NCBI RefSeq assembly: GCF_000372725.1
Contig: NW_005201183.1
Span: 67,972-131,971 of the forward strand
DNA from: Emiliania huxleyi CCMP1516
Taxonomy: Eukaryota
Direction of reading: 5' to 3'
DNA: 64,000 nucleotides
Below the pieces are notes generated by a model that made no database searches, was not told where the DNA came from, and worked only from the letters and a program-made list of their open reading frames with translations. This document shows positions 56,615 through 64,000 of this stretch, in pieces (position 1 is the first letter of the stretch; each line of letters opens with the position of its first letter). The translations under genes were made by a program, and so were the position numbers.

Positions 56615-59054
56615 TCAGCCGAGGTCGCAGCGCCCCTTGTGGCGCGGCGCGTTACCCGCCACCGAGAAGCACGAGAGCGACGTTGTCTTCGCCGCGACGC
56701 CGCGCACGCCGGCGAGGCCCATCCGCTGGAGCGCCGCGGCGTCGAGCGGCGGCGGCGTGGCGAGGCCGAGCACGCCGGCGGCGAAGGCGTTCGTGTGGCG
56801 CACGGCGTCCTCCTTGCTCCAGCGCAGCCGGCGCAAGCAGCCGGGCTCCGAGCAGACCCCCAGCAGCGAGGCGTACGCCTCCTGGGCGAGGCTCGCGGGG
56901 AGCGCGCCGCGCGCCGCGCGCAGCCGCGGCTCGAGGAGCGCGGCGGCGGCGGGCGGCAGCGGCGGGGCTCGCGTCAGCGGCAGCCCGCCCAAGCAAGTCA
57001 GGAAGGACGCCTCGCTCTCGGCCAGCAGCAGATGGCCGACTCCCGCAGCGCCGGCGCGTCCGGTGCGGCCCAAGCGGTGGATGTACGTCGCTCGGTCGGG
57101 CGGGGCGCCGAGCTGGACGACGGCAGTCACGTCGGGGTAGTCGAGCCTACGTGGTGTGAATAGTCGAGCCTGCGTGGTGTGAATAGTCGAGCCTACGTGG
57201 TGGTGCATACGCCGGCATGAGGGCGGGGAGACGGCATTGTGCAGCGTATTCAGAGCACCGCGTGAAGACAACGGGGAGGAAGACAGTGAATACAGCGGAA
57301 CACGGTCGAATACGGCCGAATACGTGTCCTCTCGGGCGCTAGTTGGAATACATGAACACGTTGCCCGCTTCTAGGTAGTCGAGCCCTCGCGCAGACACGT
57401 CCGAGGAGAAGAGGAGCCTGCGAGGTGAATACGCCATCACCGCGAGCTCGGCCGAGATCAGCACACCCTCCTCTCCCCCTTCTCTCCTCTCTCCTCTCAG
57501 CCTCAGGGCGGGGAGACGGTGCTGTGCAGTGAATCCAGAGCACCGGGTGACTACGAGGGAGGCGAAGACGACTGAACACGGCTGAACACAGTCGAATACA
57601 GCTGTCCGTGTCCTCTCGAGTGTGGGTTGGGGTACAAGAAGACGGAGTCTGCTTCACTGCACTCCAAGCGCTCCAAGTGCTTCTAGGAAGAGCCGCCCGC
57701 CCTCGCTCGCGCGGAAGGCGGCGTCCACCTGCTCACGCGCACACCCCGGTGTGAAGAGACGCTGCTCTCCCCCCCCCCCCTCCCGCCGCGAGGAAAGGCG
57801 GTCCGCCGACGCGCGCTCCGCGTGAGGCAGCCGCGCGTGCAGCTCGAGCGGCGCGGAGCCGCCGAGCCCCATCCGGCGGCAGAGCGCGGCGAGGAAGGAG
57901 ACGAGGCGCGCGGCGCCGGCGTAGACAATCACCTTTGCGGCCGGGTCCGAGCGCAGCGCCAGCAGGGTCCGCACCAGCTCCGCCGCGAGGGCCGCCGGCG
58001 GGGAGACCGTCACGGCCTGCTCGACCGCCGCGTTGGTCGGCGCTTCCGCTCCGATGGCGTCGGCGACGAGCAAGTCGTCGTCCTCCGCCGCCGTCGGCGG
58101 CGCGCACCCGCGACGCGCGGCGGCGGCGAGCGAGCGCACGTCTCCGCGCAGGGTGGCTGAGAAGAGGAGTGTCTGCCACGGAGGCGCCGCCGGGTGGGCA
58201 GCCCTCCGGAGCGAGGCAACGACCGCCTCGACCGGCCGGCGGAAGCCGAGGGCGAGGAGCTGGTCCGCCTCGTCGAGGACGAGGCAGGCGACGCGGCCGA
58301 AGGCGGACGCCGCGCCGTGCCCGCCCGACAGCAGGTCGTTGAGCCGGCCAGGCGTGCCGACGAGTATGCCGGGGCAGAGTGAGCCGCGCAAGGCGGCGAC
58401 GTCGCCGTGCACGCTCGTCCCGCCCACGGCGCAGCGGCACGACACGCGGGGCATGTGGGAGAGCAGCGCCTCGCACACGGCGCCGGTCTGGGTGGCTAGC
58501 TCGCGCGTGGGGGAGACCAGGACAGCCCGCACACCAGGCTGGTCTGGATCCGCCGCGACCCGCTGGATCGCGGGCAGCAAAAAGGCGAGGGTCTTACCAG
58601 ACCCGGTCCTCGCGCGCGCGATGACGTCGCGGCCGGCGAGGGCGGCCGGAATGGTGGCCTGCTGCACCGGAGTCAGCTGCTCAAACGGAAACGACTCGGA
58701 AAGGGCGAGCCGCAGTGTCGCCAGCAGGGGCAGGGACGAAAAGCTGGCGGAGGCAGCGGCAGGCGAGGCGGAGGCAGCGGCAGACGAGGCGGCAGCGCCA
58801 GACGAGGCGGCAGCGCCAGTCGAGGCGGCAGCGCCAGTCGAGGCGGCAGCGCCAGTCGAGGCGGCAGCGCCAGTCGAGGCGGCAGCGCCAGCCGCGAGTT
58901 CCCGGCAGCCCGCATCAGCCTTGCAGCGCTTGCCGTCAGTGGAAGACTCGGCGTTGCGGCGTTTGCCCTTAGTGGCCGCAGTGCGGTGTTTGCCAGCGAT
59001 GGGCGCGTCGGCCTTACGCCGGACCTTCGCGACGGGACCGCTTGCCGCTGGCAT
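56615..59054 (-). CDS. DEAD-box RNA helicase, multi-exon
   Basis: LTPVQQ, TGSGKT, PTRELA, TPGRL, DEAD, FSAT, SDVSARG|LDYPDV, YIHRLGRTGRAG. Confidence 0.93.
57729..57806 (-). mobile_element. Family A copy 5 (diverged)
   Basis: gagcagcgtctcttcacaccggggtgtgcgcgtgagCAG after a diverged exon copy. Confidence 0.65.
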
Positions 59055-59073
59055 TGGACACAGTCCACGTGCA

Positions 59074-62015
59074 CTCTGCCAGGGGCCCCTCCACTCGCCT
59101 GCACCTGCTCGAACCCTGAGCACTGTGCGGCGTTGCACGCTCGAGGTCGTGCATGATGTAGTAATCATTGTCTTGAGTAATGCGCTTCTCTCGACCGAGA
59201 GCGCTAGCCTCTACCCCTTCGGTCCGTCGAATCTCGGCGCGGCAGATGCGACGCCGAGACTGACGAAACCTCCCTGTGGTGGGCTGCTGAGCCTCCCCCA
59301 CACACGAGAACACCACTGGGACACCCATGACACACTAGAACAGGTATGCCACGAGGCGGGATGAGACTAGACGTCTCGGACGAGACTCGTCACTCGACGG
59401 AAACCTAAATCGTGAACATCGGGTTGCTGCGCGGCGGGTCAACCCCATTATGCGCAGTCATCCAGATGTCAACTGCACCTCAGACAGTCGCCGGCGTGGG
59501 CGGGAGGGGCGACTGTATCTGAAGGCGCGGTAGCGGTAGACGGGCAAGCCACAGCTGGCAAGATGCCGATCGCCATTGACCTTGCTCGAGCCGCGGCGAG
59601 CCCTGAAAGTGGAGCGTGTCAGGATCGATTGCTCGGCTGTGAACTGACCTCGCTGTGAATGTGACCGCCGTCACAGACACTATTGTCCATGAATGGTAGA
59701 CTGAGAGTAGAGTAGAATCGGGTCGAGCGACCGGCCCAGTCGACCGTCCCCTCCCCTCAGCAGAGCGGGCGAGAATCCTAAAGGATTCACGCCTCCTCTG
59801 CCAGGGGCCCCTCCACTCGCCTGCACCTGCTCGAACCCTGAGCACTGTGCGGCGTTGCACGCTCGAGGTCGTGCATGATGTAGTAATCATTGTCTTGAGT
59901 AATGCGCTTCTCTCGACCGAGAGCGCTAGCCTCTACCCCTTCGGTCCGTCGAATCTCGGCGCGGCAGATGCGACGCCGAGACTGACGAAACCTCCCTGTG
60001 GTGGGCTGCTGAGCCTCCCCACGCTCGACCTTTGAGGTAGTATGATGGAAGGTCGATGCCCGGAACGGCCTAAGCTCAGCTGAACCCCACGCATAGACCT
60101 CCTCGAATCACCTCCAAGGTAAGGGATGGCAACTGGCGGTTGAGTCGCTGACGTCGCACGACCATGCGCCCGAGAGACCGATCGTGATTATCGACCGATC
60201 TCGCAACTATCCCAGCGAGTAGTCCGGTGCTCCGGTAAAACCCCCCCGCCCCCGCCGTAGCGATGACGATGAGGAAATAGCACCCGACGCGAGTCGGGCC
60301 TACACTCGCTTGGGTGGCAAGCACGCCACAGTTGCACTCATCAACAGTGTCAAACACCGTTGCCACTGTCGACTTAAACGATAGCAGCTGCCGACCTGAT
60401 TGCTGCTTCGTCGTGACCCAAATTTTAACTGAGCGAGTTGATGATCCTGCCCATACGGTCTGCTGCTTCGACGTCGAAGAGCATTACTCCGACCGTGTCG
60501 TCAATCGACCATTGTTGCCCCATCGACGACATCGGCCGAAATCATGCGTCGCGCAAGGCAATTGAAAGATCGACCACGAGTGGATCGATCAACCTGCCCA
60601 TCTGGCGTGCGCCCAGAGCTGGTCTGGTAGCAGCCAGTGGATCTCTCTGAATCTGAATCCGAGCGTGAGACTAGTCAAGCATCTACTCAAAGTCCCTACA
60701 CAGAAAGAGGCGAGTGAGGGACGCTCTCGGCGGATCTCTGGACAGCCTCGGCCGATCTCGGCCCACCTCGGCCAATCTCGGCCAATCTCGGCCAATCTCG
60801 GCCAATCTCGGCCAACCTCGGCCGACCTCGGCCGATCTCGGCCAACCTCGGCCTATCTCGGCCAGCCTTGGCCATCCTCGTCCACCCTTGGCCCACGCGC
60901 CAACCACCTCGGCCCACGCGCCCAACAACCATGGCCCACGCGCCAATCTCCCATCAGTGGTCGATGGCGGGCCCATCGAGTGCCCTCCCGCCATCGCCTC
61001 CGGCAACGCCCCAGTCGAGTCCGGTGTCATCAGTGACAGGTCCATTCGACCGAACCGAACCCGCCCGACATCCTCGGCGGCCGTCTCTCAGGCCCTACGC
61101 CACGCGGGCCGAAGGGTCAGAGATTGACCGTGGAGCGCGCCGCACTCGCCTGTTGCCCCACACGAACACCACGATCCCCATTTAGGACGGGTAGTCGTGC
61201 GGGGCGCTCCCAGTCACACCGACTTACTCGGGAGCGTGTTGACGGCGCCACATACCTCCATAACTACTCGGAGGGCGGCATGTCGTGGCCCGTCCCCCGC
61301 CCTTGAGGGTTGTCGAGACGGGGCCGACCGCGTCTGCCGTAATGAACGGCGGCGAGTGAGGTCGACCCTCGCCCATACCTCCATCCACGGCCATGCGACA
61401 CGCGGAAGAAAGCTGAACGGGAGCCTAGGGTCGGTCGGCAGCAGCCCGCCACCTGCAGGCTACGACAACAGACATTCAACGCACACCAGTTACTTTGACT
61501 GTGCGCTGACTCACGGGTCCCCGCGCCCGTAGAGGAAGCGAGGCAGTCGAAAGACGAGCTCGGTGCCGTCAACGACGACACTCGGCTCGGCTGCACCCAC
61601 CGCCACCACGGCAATCGCACCGACAAAAACGATAAACGTAGAGAACCGCAGGAAAGCATGGCACCGCACGCGCCAGCAAGGCACGAATGACGTCTGAGCG
61701 AAGCCAAGCCTCTCTGCGACTGTATCATGCGACTGTATCTGAAGGCGCGGTAGCGGTAGACGGGCAAGCCACAGCTGGCAAGATGCCGATCGCCATTGAC
61801 CTTGCTCGAGCCGCGGCGAGCCCTGAAAGTGGAGCGTGTCAGGATCGATTGCTCGGCTGTGAACTGACCTCGCTGTGAATGTGACCGCCGTCACAGACAC
61901 TATTGTCCATGAATGGTAGACTGAGAGTAGAGTAGAATCGGGTCGAGCGACCGGCCCAGTCGACCGTCCCCTCCCCTCAGCAGAGCGGGCGAGAATCCTA
62001 AAGGATTCACGCCTC
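59074..62015 (-). mobile_element. Non-coding split-direct-repeat element (A...BA-x-B on the minus strand)
   Basis: B at 59074-59298 and 59796-60020; A at 59509-59795 and 61729-62015; copies look identical by eye; no long ORF and no clear TSD. Confidence 0.8.
60745..60872. repeat. 10-nt tandem repeats (gccaatctcg)n
   Basis: Direct observation. Confidence 0.9.
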
Positions 62016-62476
62016 GGGTTCCGGCTCCTTGCCAGATAGGGGGTCTGCTAACGGCTACCTACCTATCCCCAGGCCGCGCAGCGTAGCGAACAAAGATGAA
62101 AATAGGGGGTACCTACGTGTTGCAGGGCCCTGGGGCGTTGTACCTTGAGCATACAAGGAAAATCGCAAACCCCGTCAGCACACTACAGCAGTCCTCCTCC
62201 GGGAATGTACGTATAAGAGCTACATACACTGAAAATCTCTGGAAAGGAGGCGTTCCCCCACAACTCTCCACCACAGCTCTCCGCAAGTGTTCTGTGATCC
62301 AAAATAAAACCGCGCGGGACCACCACGCACCAGCCGGGCGAAACGCTGACGGTTCCGTTCCGGCCATGGAGACGCATATGGAGAGTTGCTCAAGTGAAGG
62401 TGTGAAGCCGGAGCCAGACTCCGAGAGAGACGTCTCTCGACGAGTCCACTACCTCGGATCGCGAGCCGTGCGCATG

Positions 62477-63442
62477 TCAGTCGTTGTTTTCCCAGTACTC
62501 GGCCTCGCAGCGCTTGCAGTAGAACTCGGCCTCAGGCGTCTCGTCGTCCTGTCGGCCGCAGCTGTCACAAAACTTGCCTCCGCAGCCGAAGCAAGTCCCC
62601 GGGATGTTTTCGCAGACATCGCAGCGCCACATCCCGCGGCACTGATCTCCGTTGTCACAGGAGTATTTCTTGGGCAGGTCGGTAGCGCACGCCTCGCAGG
62701 CGGTGAACGAGCACGCCGTACAGAAGTAGAAGCCGGCGCAGCTTGTGCAGTGGGTCTTGAGGCAGACCGAGCATTCCTCGACGGCTGCGCCGCTGTCTGA
62801 CGCGGAGTCCTCGTCGCTGCCGTCGCACATGCAGCACGCCTGCTGTCCCATCGCCTTCAGAGACAGCATTGTGCCCCTGATGCGCCGTTCCGTCGCCTCG
62901 TCGGACACGAGCGGCACCCACGGGTGGCCCACGCTGTCTGGCTCCATGACTGTGGGTAGGAAAACATGAATGCCGTGGCCGCCTGCGGTGTCGCCTTCCT
63001 CGAGGCTCGTCAGCAGCGTCACGAGCGCCTCGCCGTCCCAGTATGTGCGCTCATTTGGGTAGTGCGCGCAAGGCCCGTGTGTCTGGCGCAGATCGAGGGT
63101 GATGAGCGCACCCGAGCACAGAGGGAGAAGGCCGCGGCCGCTGATGTCGCTGAAGTGGAGGCGGAGCAGCGTCGTGCACTCTTTGGCGTGCACGCGTGTG
63201 AGTAGGGCCGCCAGCTGGCAGTCTGTGATCACCTTGGAGGCGGCCTTGGGGAAGACGATGTGAGACCAGAGGCGTCGCTCGTTGTTGATCAGCGCCTCAA
63301 ACTGCTTGCACGCCGAGCTCGCGTGGATGAGGTCTTCGAGCTTGAGGAATGAAAACGTGTGCGTCAGGTGGTCGTCGATCAAGGAGACGAGAGTCGTGTC
63401 CACGGCCTGCTGGGCGACGGCTGTCGTGGACGCCGTCGCCAT
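62477..63442 (-). CDS. F-box-like protein with a Cys-rich CxxC C-terminus
   Basis: LVSLIDDHLTHTFSFL...ASSACKQF...LW; many CxxC pairs. Confidence 0.75.
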   Translation of the reverse strand: MATASTTAVAQQAVDTTLVSLIDDHLTHTFSFLKLEDLIHASSACKQFEALINNERRLWSHIVFPKAASKVITDCQLAALLTRVHAKECTTLLRLHFSDISGRGLLPLCSGALITLDLRQTHGPCAHYPNERTYWDGEALVTLLTSLEEGDTAGGHGIHVFLPTVMEPDSVGHPWVPLVSDEATERRIRGTMLSLKAMGQQACCMCDGSDEDSASDSGAAVEECSVCLKTHCTSCAGFYFCTACSFTACEACATDLPKKYSCDNGDQCRGMWRCDVCENIPGTCFGCGGKFCDSCGRQDDETPEAEFYCKRCEAEYWENND

Positions 63443-64000
63443 TTTGGCGAACGAGAGAGAAGCTGGCGATCCTCCAAAGCGTCCCTCCAGGCAAGCTGGC
63501 GTGAAACTCCGCCGTTTTTTCACGCAACACAAACAACTTTATTTTTCTCTTAGATCTATGCGACCTCCGGCGCCGCCGCTTCATCTGACGCGCGCGCGCT
63601 CGCGCGGCCCGCGCGCGCGGTCTCTCGGGAACCGTACCCAATACTACTCAAAAGTACAATATACTCCCACAAAGCACCACTAGCGATTTCGCGCGGAGGG
63701 TCCAGACGCGCAGGCCATCCCTTTCCACATCGAGCGCCGCGTGCCGTGCGCCGACCCGTTTGTGAGCCGCTCGCTGACGTACACCGAGGGCAAGGCGGAG
63801 ATGGGGCACCTAAACTAACTACAAACTACGGGAGGCGTCCCTGATCGCATACGGGCCACAGAGGAGAGACGGAACGGTCAGCTGGGCAGGCGGACAGCGC
63901 AAGCTACGCGGGCTCGTGCAACAAGGGCTCGAACGGTTCACCATCCGAGAAGCCATCACGAGCGCGGGGCACGACGTCGGCAACCTCATCGTCCACATGC

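Overview
GC-rich eukaryotic draft-assembly window with three N gaps. TTAGGG repeats, frequent GC-AG introns and 10-11-nt intronic tandem repeats suggest a haptophyte of the Emiliania/Gephyrocapsa type; this is an inference, no search was run. Genes: two frameshifted ankyrin paralogs, a multi-TM protein, a 7TM GPCR-PIP kinase fusion, a secreted 2OG-Fe(II)/TPR protein, a G-protein gamma subunit, three glycan-modifying enzymes (one a methyltransferase-GT15 fusion), katanin p80, a HET/TIR-like ORF next to an LRR-CHAT ORF, F-box-RCC1, a Derlin-like gene, an RT-fragment/ARM chimera, a DEAD-box helicase and an F-box/Cys-rich gene. Mobile DNA: a 6.5-kb RT-deleted LINE inserted into a perfect 18-bp hairpin with a 14-16-bp TSD, and a 2.9-kb non-coding split-direct-repeat element. 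The most striking pattern is in the introns. About 20 consist of a 10-35-nt duplicate of the adjacent exon plus a filler. The fillers are two recurring short cassettes (5 and 3 copies in unrelated genes), telomeric (CCCTAA)n, 10-11-nt repeats or locally templated DNA. This suggests an active duplication-plus-insertion route of intron gain. All splice sites are predicted by eye from reading-frame restoration.
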